From the sequence record OM632669.1: a stretch of 64,000 bases of DNA, one strand, 5' to 3'. Below are positions 8,283-18,319 of this stretch, one piece after another. Below the pieces are notes generated by a model. It made no database searches. It saw only the letters and a list, made by a program, of their open reading frames with translations, and was not told where the DNA came from. This DNA is from Escherichia phage BEU42. A program made the position numbers and the translations under genes. The stretch's first letter is position 1. The number at the start of each line of letters is the position of its first letter.

Positions 8283-10373
8283 GTGAAACGAAATTATCTC
8301 GCCATTATTGCCCTGTCAGTAGACAGTCGTAACCTCACCTTATGGCAACCAGATGGTTCTACTATGGTCATCCCCCAAGGGGATGCCCGTGTACCACGTA
8401 TTGTTGCTGAAGCAAAAGAAAAGAATCTTACCCCAGGTAAGATTATCGAAGTGGATGTCACTATCGAAGCTCAGATTCGTCAGGAGTTTCTGGACGCTGA
8501 ACGTGATACAGGTGGCTTTGTTAAATTCTTCCGTATTACTAAGAAGAGGCTACAAGAGTTCTTCTTAGGGGAAGAGGAAGAACAAGTCCCTTATGTATCA
8601 CCTGTAGAGTTAGGTGCTAAACCCACTGCTTTCAATGCTTTTATTGCTAATGCTGTAGGCAAAACTCTTGCTGTACAACATGCATCATTAAAAGCACCTG
8701 AACCAGAAATGACAGTTACTCATGAGCGTTTTTACGGTAACTATGCTGTATGGATTACAGATGTAGACCCACGGAATCATCGTATTGAGGTTATTCATGT
8801 TATCCGTGAAATCTCAGGAAGAACCAGTGAATATGTCAATAACCTGCTGGCTCAACCAACCCCATTCAAAGTATTTGATTGGCTCACAGAGACGCAGGCT
8901 AAAGAGTTTGTAAGACGTCTGAATAACACTCAGGGTGTTATCTCTGTCTATAACAAACTGGAAGACGGTATTCCTGCTAAGGTTGCTGTAAAGGCCACAA
9001 AGCCAACCAATAAGGAAAAGCTGGAAGCTGCATCAACTAAGCTGAAAGCTATGGGTGCTGTCGCTACTGATGCTTATGAGTTTCATACTGACTTGAATGA
9101 GAATGAAGAGACTATTGTAGCTGTAGTGAATGATAAGGTGGTTCCTGATGTTCAGAACCTACACCGCCACATCCGTCAATCTGCAAACCTGAAAGACTAT
9201 AAAGGCTTTACTAAGTTCCTTGAACGTCTGTCTACTGTAATTGATAAACGTCGTCACTCTGTTGAAGACCTGATGAAGTTTATGGAAAAAGGTGACCTGC
9301 CAATTGCAGATGATGGCTCCATTGTTATCTTCAAACGTCTGGAAAGCAAAGACAATCCTGAACATCTCAAAGACGTAATGGATGATGTATTTGTTGATTG
9401 CCATTCTAGGAAGATTGAGCAATGCGTTGGTATGCGTGTAATGGTTAAAGAAAACCTTGTAGACCAGAACCGTCGTAAAGACTGTTCTCATGGTTTGCAC
9501 GTAGCTTCTCTGCAATACATTCGTAATTTCTCAGGCAACGTAACCATTATTGGTAAAGTTGCTCCAGAGGATGTATTTGCAGTACCAGAATACGATGTTA
9601 CTAAGATGCGTGTATCTGCTTATCACATCATTACCAAGCTACCTGATGCTATTCGTGACCATGTTAATAATGGCAATCCAATCTCCACCATTGAGGGTGG
9701 TACGGAAATCCTGAACATGGTTCTCAGTGGTAATCACCCTGAACCTTCCCGTCAGGTACTGGTTGGTGGTCATTATGGAACCAATCTGACTTATTCAGAA
9801 CTCACCCGTAATTATCTGGATGATGAGGAAGACATCGTTATTCCAGATGAACCAGTAATTAAGAAAACTGCCTTGAATATGGAAGAGAGCTTTACGGCAA
9901 CTAATCCTAAAGCTGAACCAGTGAAGGCAACGGATGTTAAACCTATTAAGAAGACTAAGATGGAAATTCTTAAAGACCTTTGGAACCAGTTCCTGAAAGC
10001 AGAGACTTCTAATGAAGCTATTACACTGGCTGATGAAATCATTGCTGCTAAGGGCAAATGTAAGAAGTCATGGGCTTCTTTAGGCTTCAGTGGTGACATG
10101 GTTCAGAAACTGATTGATGCTCGTGCTAATAAACCTAAGCCAGAAAAAGTAGTCAAACAGGATAAAACTGTTGCACCTAAGAAAACTACAATCACTCGTA
10201 GTCGGAATGCTGATGTTATTCGTAGCTATCTGAATGACAAAGGTATGTCTGATTACTGTAAAGCTCATGCCATTCACGATGTGAAACGTGCTGCTAAGAA
10301 ATCTTATGCTGCACTGGGTCTGACTCCTGAAGAATGCAGCCAAATTGATAAACTGAAGCATCATTTGAAGTAA
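8283..10373 (+). CDS. large hypothetical protein (696 aa), GTG start
   Basis: Long ORF with GGAG 6 nt upstream of GTG 8283. Lys-rich C-terminal third. No GHKL or other motif recognised; an rIIA-like role is only a synteny guess. Confidence 0.5.
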   Translation: MKRNYLAIIALSVDSRNLTLWQPDGSTMVIPQGDARVPRIVAEAKEKNLTPGKIIEVDVTIEAQIRQEFLDAERDTGGFVKFFRITKKRLQEFFLGEEEEQVPYVSPVELGAKPTAFNAFIANAVGKTLAVQHASLKAPEPEMTVTHERFYGNYAVWITDVDPRNHRIEVIHVIREISGRTSEYVNNLLAQPTPFKVFDWLTETQAKEFVRRLNNTQGVISVYNKLEDGIPAKVAVKATKPTNKEKLEAASTKLKAMGAVATDAYEFHTDLNENEETIVAVVNDKVVPDVQNLHRHIRQSANLKDYKGFTKFLERLSTVIDKRRHSVEDLMKFMEKGDLPIADDGSIVIFKRLESKDNPEHLKDVMDDVFVDCHSRKIEQCVGMRVMVKENLVDQNRRKDCSHGLHVASLQYIRNFSGNVTIIGKVAPEDVFAVPEYDVTKMRVSAYHIITKLPDAIRDHVNNGNPISTIEGGTEILNMVLSGNHPEPSRQVLVGGHYGTNLTYSELTRNYLDDEEDIVIPDEPVIKKTALNMEESFTATNPKAEPVKATDVKPIKKTKMEILKDLWNQFLKAETSNEAITLADEIIAAKGKCKKSWASLGFSGDMVQKLIDARANKPKPEKVVKQDKTVAPKKTTITRSRNADVIRSYLNDKGMSDYCKAHAIHDVKRAAKKSYAALGLTPEECSQIDKLKHHLK

Positions 10374-10440
10374 GTAGGTTAACTATTCAAGTAGCTCCGG
10401 TTGAAATATACTGGAGCTATCTTTGAAGAGGATACATACT

Positions 10441-10836
10441 ATGGCCAAAGTTTATCGTGCTAACCGTAAAGCCCATGATGACGATATTATTCGTATGAAT
10501 GCAGTCGGTTTATCATTGGGAACCATTGCTAAAACACTGGGTGTTCACCCCACTACAGTTACCTTACGATTACGCTCTCTTGGTATTGAACCAGCCGACA
10601 CACGTCGAACATTTATGGAGAACGTACTAGCACCATTACCTACTCACGTAGCTGATTGGTTATCAGAACAAGTAGGACCAAAGTATGAGATTCGACAATA
10701 CGTCCGAGACTTATTACTAGAAGCCTACAATAATCGTCATAATCATAAGGAAACTGCTCATGAACGATTCCTCAAAAGATACGTTGGTACAAACTCAGAA
10801 CTGGTTTCTGAAGGCAGTACCCAGTCCAACGAGTAA
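10441..10836 (+). CDS. putative helix-turn-helix DNA-binding protein
   Basis: HTH-like segment GLSLGTIAKTLGVHPTTVTLRLRSLG; ATG 10441 preferred over the track's TTG 10423. About 131 aa. Confidence 0.45.
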   Translation: MAKVYRANRKAHDDDIIRMNAVGLSLGTIAKTLGVHPTTVTLRLRSLGIEPADTRRTFMENVLAPLPTHVADWLSEQVGPKYEIRQYVRDLLLEAYNNRHNHKETAHERFLKRYVGTNSELVSEGSTQSNE

Positions 10837-11221
10837 AAACATTAGTACTCAGATTGGTTGTCATCTGGAAGAAGTAGTTGAGATGCTGGAAGAATTGGCT
10901 CCAAATTCTGAAGAAGCATACGATACACTTCATAATGCCATTGTAGCTTTAACTGAATTGTCAGAATTAATGAAATCCTCTGATAAAGAAGTTTATGCAC
11001 CTAACAGCAATCGCTTAGCTATTCTGGATGCACTGGCAGACCAGATTGTTACAGCAACTGGCATCGGTACTTTCTTGGGTATGAACGTACCTGGAGCACT
11101 CACTGAAGTGAACCGTTCTAATTATTCAAAATTTGAAGATGGTGAGCCTGTTTTCAATGAGAATAAGAAAGTAATGAAAGGTAAGGATTACACTCCGCCT
11201 GATTTAACCCCATTCATTTAA
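10760..11221 (+). CDS. possible MazG-like nucleotide pyrophosphohydrolase
   Basis: Glu-rich helical segment (HLEEVVEMLEELAPNSEEAYDTLHNAIVALTELSELM; DALADQIV) reminiscent of all-alpha NTP-PPase. Start uncertain (77-nt overlap with upstream gene if ATG 10760). Confidence 0.35.
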   Translation: MNDSSKDTLVQTQNWFLKAVPSPTSKNISTQIGCHLEEVVEMLEELAPNSEEAYDTLHNAIVALTELSELMKSSDKEVYAPNSNRLAILDALADQIVTATGIGTFLGMNVPGALTEVNRSNYSKFEDGEPVFNENKKVMKGKDYTPPDLTPFI

Positions 11222-11225
11222 AAGA

Positions 11226-11248
11226 GCCGCCCATATAGGGCGGTTTTT
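11226..11248 (+). terminator. Rho-independent terminator
   Basis: Hairpin gccgccc-atata-gggcgg followed by TTTTT. Confidence 0.65.
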
Positions 11249-11263
11249 GTATCTGGAGAACTC

Positions 11264-12583
11264 ATGTATAAAAGTACTACTAAGCTGCCACTAAATCCTG
11301 GTCAAGAGGCAGCGGCAGAAGGTTTCTTCGACTTTCTGCTCGACCCCAATGCTTCTGAACTTCGTATTAGTGGACCTGGTGGTACAGGCAAGACATTTAC
11401 AATGGCTCATATGATTGACGAGATTATGCCTCGTTATCATGAGACATGTAGTCTGATGGGAATCCCTGCTCTCTATAACGAAGTTATTATGACTGCTACT
11501 ACTAATAAGGCAGCAGAAGTATTAGCCCGTGCAACAGGACGTCCTACGTCTACCTATCATTCCTTTCAAGGTCTGACAGTACGGAATAACCTGAAGACTG
11601 GGGAAGCAGACCTGATTCCATCTAAGTCCTTCAGTATCAAAAAGAATAAGGTCATTTTTATTGATGAAGCATCAATGATTGACCGTAAACTGAAGAAGTT
11701 CATTAACGAAGGTACTCACCAAAGTAAGATTGTTTACTTAGGTGATAAATGCCAATTGTTACCTGTAAAGGAAACTTCTTCTCCTGTCTACAATGACAGT
11801 AGCATTAAAGAGTTTATGCTGACCCAGCAGATGCGTACTGATGTCCCTGAACTCCATGCACTGCATGAACAGCTTCGTGGAACCATTGAAGGTAAGCATG
11901 GATTCCTGCCTATTAAAGCAGTTCCAGGTATTATCGACTGGATTGAAGATGGTGATGAAATGAGAAAAGAAGTCGAAGGTCATTTCATGACTAAGACTGA
12001 CACTCGTATTGTTGCCTATACCAACCAACAGGTTGTTAACTATAACACCTTCATTCGAGCTATGAATGGATTCCACGGGGAGTTCTGTATTGGTGAAGAG
12101 TTAGTAAGTAACTCTGCTATTCAGATTGGTGCTGGTGATCGCCTTAGTATTGAACAGGAATGCCAGATTGTTGACCAGGATTCTGCTACTCGTAAGATTC
12201 TGATTGATTCCTCTGGCATCGAATTAGAAGTACGTGATTGCACCCTGGATACTGGTTATGGTGGTGTCTTTGAAGGTATCCCTATTCCGGTAGATATGGA
12301 TTATTTCATTCGTTTGCAAAAGTACTATGCACACCAAAAGAACTGGGAACGTCACTTCTATTTGAAAGAAACATTCCCTGAACTTCGAGCATTACATGCT
12401 TCTACTGTGCATAAGTCTCAAGGTTCTACCTACGACACCATCTTTATTGATGCTACTGATTTATCTACTTGCCGTCAGCCTGATGTAGTAGCACGTCTGC
12501 TTTATGTAGCAGTATCTCGTGCTCGTCATCGTGTTGTGTTCTATGGCTCTTTGGCAGAGAAATTTGGTGGTCTGGTTCGCTAA
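11264..12583 (+). CDS. SF1 DNA helicase, Dda/RecD-like
   Basis: Walker A GPGGTGKTF, Walker B VIFIDEASMI, C-terminal motif STVHKSQGSTYD; 439 aa. Confidence 0.7.
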   Translation: MYKSTTKLPLNPGQEAAAEGFFDFLLDPNASELRISGPGGTGKTFTMAHMIDEIMPRYHETCSLMGIPALYNEVIMTATTNKAAEVLARATGRPTSTYHSFQGLTVRNNLKTGEADLIPSKSFSIKKNKVIFIDEASMIDRKLKKFINEGTHQSKIVYLGDKCQLLPVKETSSPVYNDSSIKEFMLTQQMRTDVPELHALHEQLRGTIEGKHGFLPIKAVPGIIDWIEDGDEMRKEVEGHFMTKTDTRIVAYTNQQVVNYNTFIRAMNGFHGEFCIGEELVSNSAIQIGAGDRLSIEQECQIVDQDSATRKILIDSSGIELEVRDCTLDTGYGGVFEGIPIPVDMDYFIRLQKYYAHQKNWERHFYLKETFPELRALHASTVHKSQGSTYDTIFIDATDLSTCRQPDVVARLLYVAVSRARHRVVFYGSLAEKFGGLVR

Positions 12584-12592
12584 GGAGAACTT

Positions 12593-13120
12593 ATGCAACT
12601 GGGTGAAAAACAAATCCGTGAAATGACTAATAGTAGTGAACTAGTTCAGGAATTATTCTTAGCCGAGTTACGTCGGCTAGATAAAGTGCTGGATAGTATC
12701 ATTACACGTAATGGGGAAACATTCGCTGTATACAACTCAACAGGGTTTCTGTATTTAGGGGAGTTCTATTCGAGTTCCCGTTCATCACAACAACCCCCTT
12801 CTGGTCATCGTCTGGCTCTGGCTAATCACCTACTGGATGATATGCGGGAGTATCTGGAACAAGCAGGTAAACTTCTGCTAGAAGTCCATATGGTGAATCA
12901 GATGGTCTTTCGTCTGGTTCAGGGCTGTAAGACTTATCAAGACGTTCGTGATGCATTGCCAGAATGCCTCATTGCTATGGATAAACAGGGTCATCTGAAA
13001 TCCTTACAGAGAACCAGAAAGGCAGCATTTACTCTGGATAATGATGCTATGGCTCTCCGTCAGTATGAGAAAATCTTGCCGATTATCGAATACTATGCGG
13101 GAACCCATCTTATCTTTTGA
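12593..13120 (+). CDS. hypothetical protein (175 aa)
   Basis: ORF with AAGGAG RBS. Confidence 0.5.
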   Translation: MQLGEKQIREMTNSSELVQELFLAELRRLDKVLDSIITRNGETFAVYNSTGFLYLGEFYSSSRSSQQPPSGHRLALANHLLDDMREYLEQAGKLLLEVHMVNQMVFRLVQGCKTYQDVRDALPECLIAMDKQGHLKSLQRTRKAAFTLDNDAMALRQYEKILPIIEYYAGTHLIF

Positions 13121-13127
13121 GGTCTGT

Positions 13128-15092
13128 ATGCGTCACATTACATTCAACAATGAGGGTATCTACCCTATTGCTATCCTTACTACAACGTTACGTAAGGATG
13201 ATATTGTCAAAGCATACATGGAACCCTGGGATGTAGATAAAGATTCAGTAATGATTCTTGAACTTCATACAGCCCCAGGGAAAAAGAAAACTCCTGCTAA
13301 AGAGATGCAGGAGTTTATTACCCAAGAATTAGTGCCAGCATTCGAAGCAGCACAAACTCAGTATATCATCTGTGGTGATTCTGAATATTACAAACAGCTA
13401 ACCAAACAAGGTAAAGCTGATGCCAATATTGGCTATGTAATGGATTGTGCTTATGGGAACCAGAAAGTTATTTACGTTCCCAATTACAGACAAATCTTTT
13501 ATGACCCGGATAAGGTAAAGACTAAGATTGCTTTATCCATGCAGGCTCTGATTGATTATGTCTCTGGTTCTTATGTTGAGCCAGGAACTAAGATTATCCA
13601 CTATGCTGATTATCCATTAACTCCAGAAGCTATATCTAAGTGGTTAGATAAGTTACTGGAGATGAATGTTCCATTAGCAGTAGATATAGAAACCTTCAGT
13701 CTGAAGCATTATGACTGTGGTATAGGCACTATTACATTCTGCTGGAACAAGCATGAAGGGATAGCATTCCCTGTGGATTATGAACCAATTGAGGGGGCTA
13801 CTGAAGCTCCTTATGGTAGACAAGTTCACAACATGCTTGTTCGTTCTATGCTCAGAGACTTTTTTATTAAGTATCTGAACAGGCAGATGTATCACAATAT
13901 TGCCTTTGACGTATATGCACTCATTTACCAGTTATTTATGACAGACCTTCTGGATACGGAAGGGTTGTTGCATGGCATGAGTATCATGCTAAGAAACTGG
14001 GATTGCACTAAGTTAATTACCTATCTGGCTACTAACTCTTGTGCGGGTAATAAGCTAAGTCTTAAAGACCAGGCTCAGGAATATGCTGGTAACTATGCTC
14101 AAGAAGAAATCAATGACATTACCAGAATCCCATTAGCAGAGTTGTTGGAATACAACTTAGTGGATGGATTATGTACCTGGTATGTCTATGAAAAGCATTG
14201 GGATACTCTGGTTAATGACCAACAGTTAGATGTTTATACAAACATCTTCAAACCTGCATGTGAAGATATTATTCAAATGCAGTTAACTGGTATGCCTATC
14301 AATATGAAGACAGTATTGGAGGTAGAAGAGGCATTAACCCAAGACTATAACAATGCGTTAAAAACAATTGCTGACAGTAAAGTAATCAAAGATTTCACCC
14401 GTCTTCTTAATGAAGAATGGGTAGAAAAACAGAACCAGATTCTGAAGAAGAAACGAGTGACTTTAGCTGATGCTAAAGAACAGTTTAACCCAAACTCAGG
14501 TATTCAATTACAGAAGCTACTTTTTGAGTTTCTGGAGTTACCTGTACTTGGTTTGACTGCAAGTAAACTACCTGCTACTGGCAGTGGCATACTCAAGTCT
14601 TTGAAGAACCATACCCAAGATACCAGTATTCTGGAAATTCTTGATGCTCTGATTGATTACAAAGCTGTAGATAAAATTCTGACAGCATTTATTCCAGCAT
14701 TAAAAAATGCCAGACAAGGACCAGATGGTTGGCATTATCTCTTTGGTAATCTGAACTTAGGTGGGACTGTATCAGGCCGCCTATCCAGTAGTGAACCAAA
14801 CCTACAGAACCTACCTTCTGGTTCCAGATATGCCAAGATGATTAAAAAATGCTTTGAGGCTCCTCCTGGATGGATATTCTGTGGGCTAGACTTTGCTTCT
14901 CTCGAAGACCGTATATCTGCTTTAACAACCAAAGACCCTAACAAGCTGAAGGTGTACATGGGTGTGACTGTTTATACAGTTACTATAGAAGGAGTTGACC
15001 ATCATATCCGAGATGATGATACAATCGTTTATGATGGTAAAACTTATACCGGTGAGGAGTTCTATGACGCTTTTACCCGTGGCCTTCTATGA
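13128..15092 (+). CDS. DNA polymerase (family A), N-terminal portion: 3'-5' exonuclease domain through polymerase motif A
   Basis: ATG 13128 with GAGG RBS (in frame with track ORF 13041). Exo I motif LAVDIETFSL; polymerase motif A GLDFASLEDRI. ORF stops at 15092, before motifs B and C. Confidence 0.75.
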   Translation: MRHITFNNEGIYPIAILTTTLRKDDIVKAYMEPWDVDKDSVMILELHTAPGKKKTPAKEMQEFITQELVPAFEAAQTQYIICGDSEYYKQLTKQGKADANIGYVMDCAYGNQKVIYVPNYRQIFYDPDKVKTKIALSMQALIDYVSGSYVEPGTKIIHYADYPLTPEAISKWLDKLLEMNVPLAVDIETFSLKHYDCGIGTITFCWNKHEGIAFPVDYEPIEGATEAPYGRQVHNMLVRSMLRDFFIKYLNRQMYHNIAFDVYALIYQLFMTDLLDTEGLLHGMSIMLRNWDCTKLITYLATNSCAGNKLSLKDQAQEYAGNYAQEEINDITRIPLAELLEYNLVDGLCTWYVYEKHWDTLVNDQQLDVYTNIFKPACEDIIQMQLTGMPINMKTVLEVEEALTQDYNNALKTIADSKVIKDFTRLLNEEWVEKQNQILKKKRVTLADAKEQFNPNSGIQLQKLLFEFLELPVLGLTASKLPATGSGILKSLKNHTQDTSILEILDALIDYKAVDKILTAFIPALKNARQGPDGWHYLFGNLNLGGTVSGRLSSSEPNLQNLPSGSRYAKMIKKCFEAPPGWIFCGLDFASLEDRISALTTKDPNKLKVYMGVTVYTVTIEGVDHHIRDDDTIVYDGKTYTGEEFYDAFTRGLL

Positions 15093-15609
15093 ACAACGGT
15101 ATAAGATTTCCGATGAAGGTTTCATCTTAAATCTTGCAAACAATCAACCCCTAAAACCGACTCTCAATCCTAATGGATACCTTAAGGTTGGATTAGCTAA
15201 TGGCGATGGTACACATCACCAAGAGCTACTTCATATTCTGGTAGCTAAACACTTCATCCCTAATCCTTATGGCTATGAACAGGTAAACCATAAAGACGGT
15301 AATAAACTGCATTGTCATAAGGATAATCTGGAATGGTGCTCTGCTACTCAGAATGTTGAACATGCACTTAAAACAAAGCTACGTCCTGGTTACATGTCTG
15401 CTGACGATAAAGAGAAGTATCTCTTTGAGGTGCTGGCAGGTAAGCAAGTTAAAGACATTGCTTTTGAAATAGGTAGGCGTCCTGAAACTTTGCATAAGAT
15501 GCTCAGAACTACTGCTGACCGACTTGGTGTTCGAAATGAGTGGGATGATGTTATGAGGAGAAATAGAAAAGATGTTGCTTTACGACAGCTTGCCAAAATC
15601 AACTCATGA
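15064..15609 (+). CDS. HNH homing endonuclease inserted in the DNA polymerase gene
   Basis: HNH_3-like sequence (NPNGYLKVGL...VNHKDGNKLHCHKDNLEWCSATQN). Strong RBS GAGGAG 6 nt upstream of ATG 15064. Reading frame differs from both polymerase fragments. Confidence 0.7.
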   Translation: MTLLPVAFYEQRYKISDEGFILNLANNQPLKPTLNPNGYLKVGLANGDGTHHQELLHILVAKHFIPNPYGYEQVNHKDGNKLHCHKDNLEWCSATQNVEHALKTKLRPGYMSADDKEKYLFEVLAGKQVKDIAFEIGRRPETLHKMLRTTADRLGVRNEWDDVMRRNRKDVALRQLAKINS

Positions 15610-16402
15610 CTTCACTGGCAAGAAAATTGACAACGTAGTCAAAGCTGGGAGTTCATCAGGTTACGATGGGCATAGTCTTCGTGCATATGCTTACTTCGGT
15701 GAGATGATGCCTGACATTGAAGATACGGTAGAGTCTGTTAATTCTATTCAGGAGAAGTACAAAGCATATCGTCAGGATTCTAAAGCACCTACCTTTGCTC
15801 TTACCTATCAGGGCACATACATCACTTTGATGAAGAACTGTGGTTTCTCTGAACAGAAAGCTCGAATGGTTGAAGAACGTTATCACACACTTTATAAGGT
15901 AAGTGATGACTGGGTTCAGGCTAAACTAGACCAAGCTGCAAAAGATGGTTATGTAACCGTAGCATTTGGCCTGAGAGTCAGAACCCCCTTACTTCAACAA
16001 GTTATCCGTGGAACCAGTAAAACTCCTTATGAAGCTGAAGCTGAAGGACGTACTGCTGGTAATGCATTAGGCCAAAGTTGGTGTCTTCTGAATAACCGTG
16101 CTGGTTCAGAGTTCATGCGTATGGTGCGGAATAGTAAGCATCGTCTTGATATTCGTCCAAGTACCCATATCCATGATGCTCAGTATTTCCTTATCCGTGA
16201 TGATATGGATGTTGTGATATATACCAATACTCATTTGGTGAAAGCAGTACAATGGCAAGACCATCCTGATATTGCTCATCCAGATGTTCATTTGGGTGGG
16301 GAACTCTCCTTATTCTACCCAACGTGGGCTAACGAGATTGAGATTCCAAACTACGCTACGCCCGAACAAGTCCATGAAGCAATCCAAAAGGCATTTAAAT
16401 GA
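15572..16402 (+). CDS. DNA polymerase (family A), C-terminal portion: motifs B and C
   Basis: Post-motif-A helix-like GYDGHSLRAYAYFGE, motif B KAPTFALTYQGTY, motif C THIHDAQYF. N-terminal boundary (own start versus spliced exon) undetermined. Confidence 0.7.
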   Translation: MLLYDSLPKSTHDFTGKKIDNVVKAGSSSGYDGHSLRAYAYFGEMMPDIEDTVESVNSIQEKYKAYRQDSKAPTFALTYQGTYITLMKNCGFSEQKARMVEERYHTLYKVSDDWVQAKLDQAAKDGYVTVAFGLRVRTPLLQQVIRGTSKTPYEAEAEGRTAGNALGQSWCLLNNRAGSEFMRMVRNSKHRLDIRPSTHIHDAQYFLIRDDMDVVIYTNTHLVKAVQWQDHPDIAHPDVHLGGELSLFYPTWANEIEIPNYATPEQVHEAIQKAFK

Positions 16403-16737
16403 CCAAACAAATTGAAGAGAAAAAGCATCACTGGTTAGTAGCAGCTCAACTGACTTTTGTTATTCCTGATAACAAAGATGGTCAGGAAGGTGCTGTTATT
16501 GTTCAGAACACTATGTTGCTTACTGAAGAGAAACAGGTAACTTTCCGTGACCTGGGACGTGCTCAGTCTGCTCTGTTTCAGAATCTGAATGACCGTTTTG
16601 GTCAAGTGGTAGATGTACGGGATATTGTATTCCTGAACGTCAGCTACCTGGGTCATATGAGTCAGCCTGACTTTCAGCAAAATCTGGTAACTAAAGATAC
16701 TGCTGCGAAGAAAGCTAAACTGAAAGCTGTGGAGTAA
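16399..16737 (+). CDS. hypothetical protein (112 aa)
   Basis: ORF; ATGA overlap with polymerase stop. Confidence 0.5.
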   Translation: MTKQIEEKKHHWLVAAQLTFVIPDNKDGQEGAVIVQNTMLLTEEKQVTFRDLGRAQSALFQNLNDRFGQVVDVRDIVFLNVSYLGHMSQPDFQQNLVTKDTAAKKAKLKAVE

Positions 16738-16739
16738 TC

Positions 16740-17348
16740 ATGTCTGAAAAACTATCAGGTGGTTTTAATAACTACTATCTGGTTCAGGTAACCAACCCTC
16801 AACGTATGGAACAGCCTCCATATCAGGCCGAGTGTGAGGATATTATCCAAGCACTAAATATGACCTTTGATGAAGGGTGTCTGTTCAAGGCATTGTGGCG
16901 TAATGCTGCTGCTCGTTTAGGTAACGGTAAACCAGGTAACAATGCCGTTTATGATGCAGAGAAGATGGTTCATTATGCTAACCGTATTTTTATTAAAGAA
17001 TCCGGTGGGCAGAAAAAAGAAGCAGAAGAACCAGTTTCTGAGGCTCTGAAGAAGGGTGAAGAGATTCATATGTCTCTGTCTGAATTATTCACCCTGTTAA
17101 CTGGTGAAGCAGCAGAAGGTGAAGTAATGAGCCTTGCTGGTTGGCATACTCACGTACCAAACCGTTTGGGTGTTATGCCTATTGCTGTTGCAATGAGCAA
17201 AGCAGAACAAATTGATGTAGTACGTGCCGATGGAACGACTATTACTCATGTATTTCCTCATGAGATTGACTGGTCTGATAAGATTGCCCCCTTTGCTCGA
17301 ATCACTGCATGGCGTTTCAGTAACCCATCTAAGGTCGCTTCTAAATGA
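16740..17348 (+). CDS. hypothetical protein (202 aa)
   Basis: ORF with GGAG RBS. Confidence 0.5.
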   Translation: MSEKLSGGFNNYYLVQVTNPQRMEQPPYQAECEDIIQALNMTFDEGCLFKALWRNAAARLGNGKPGNNAVYDAEKMVHYANRIFIKESGGQKKEAEEPVSEALKKGEEIHMSLSELFTLLTGEAAEGEVMSLAGWHTHVPNRLGVMPIAVAMSKAEQIDVVRADGTTITHVFPHEIDWSDKIAPFARITAWRFSNPSKVASK

Positions 17349-18319
17349 AAATCACGAACAATCATGACGTGTCCTTGCCATTAGCTGTCTGGCTTTTGCA
17401 TGACGAGTATGATTACGTGAAGGATAAAAAGTATCTTTCTGTGACTACCTTGCTTAAGCCAATTAAGCACATTGTCATGAAGCATCGTGTAGACCTTTCT
17501 GTAGAAAGTATGGACATCATGGATTTGGTGTCCACTTCTATGGGTACGGGCTTACATGATTCTATTGAGAAGGCATGGCATAACGGACACCACAATGCAT
17601 TACGCAAGTTAGGGTATCCTGAGCGTGTCGTTCAGAATGTTGTCATCAATCCTACCCCTGAGCAGATTGCATCAAATCCAAACTTAATTCCTGTATGGAT
17701 AGAACAACGAGCAACTAAAAAGATTGCTGGTTGGACTATTGGGGGCAAGTTCGACATCGTTACTGAAGGTCTTCTTCAGGATGTAAAATCCACCTCCACT
17801 TACACATGGGTAAAGGGTGGACGTGATGAAGAACATAAACTTCAGGGGTCAATGTATCGTTGGTTACATGACGACAAGATTACCGAAGATGTGATTCGTA
17901 TTAACTACATCTTCACTGACTGGATGAAAGCACTAGCTACATCTCAAGAAAACTACCCAAAGCACCGTGTGCTGCATAAAGACATTCCATTGATGTCTTA
18001 TGAAGCGACTGAAGAATGGATTAAAGCCAAGCTGGCTCTCATTGATAAGTACTGGGATGCTCCTGAAAACGAGATTCCAGAATGTACTGATGAAGAGTTA
18101 TGGCGTTCTGACCCAGTGTTTAAATACTTTGCTGACCCAGAGAAGGCAAAGCAACCTGGTGCTCGTTCTACCAAAAACTTCCCTACTCTCTTTGAGGCTC
18201 GGAAGTTCATGGCAGAGAAAGGCAAAGGCACTATTCTTCATGTTCCTGGTGAACCTAAACGATGCAACTATTGCTCAATTTTTAACATCTGCGAACAAAG
18301 AAAGAGATATTTCCCATGA
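17345..18319 (+). CDS. PD-(D/E)XK-type nuclease with C-terminal cysteine cluster (Cas4/RecB-like; candidate phage 5'-3' exonuclease)
   Basis: Candidate catalytic segment GKFDIVTEGLLQDVK and C-terminal C-x2-C-x5-C (KRCNYCSIFNIC) plus an upstream Cys (IPECTDEE); 324 aa; ATGA coupling on both sides. Confidence 0.45.
   Translation: MKITNNHDVSLPLAVWLLHDEYDYVKDKKYLSVTTLLKPIKHIVMKHRVDLSVESMDIMDLVSTSMGTGLHDSIEKAWHNGHHNALRKLGYPERVVQNVVINPTPEQIASNPNLIPVWIEQRATKKIAGWTIGGKFDIVTEGLLQDVKSTSTYTWVKGGRDEEHKLQGSMYRWLHDDKITEDVIRINYIFTDWMKALATSQENYPKHRVLHKDIPLMSYEATEEWIKAKLALIDKYWDAPENEIPECTDEELWRSDPVFKYFADPEKAKQPGARSTKNFPTLFEARKFMAEKGKGTILHVPGEPKRCNYCSIFNICEQRKRYFP

Noticed and set aside
10423-10440. TTG starts proposed by the ORF track at 10423 and 6186
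   Set aside because: Downstream in-frame ATGs (10441 and 6213) have better RBS spacing or stop/start coupling; the TTG extensions were not adopted.
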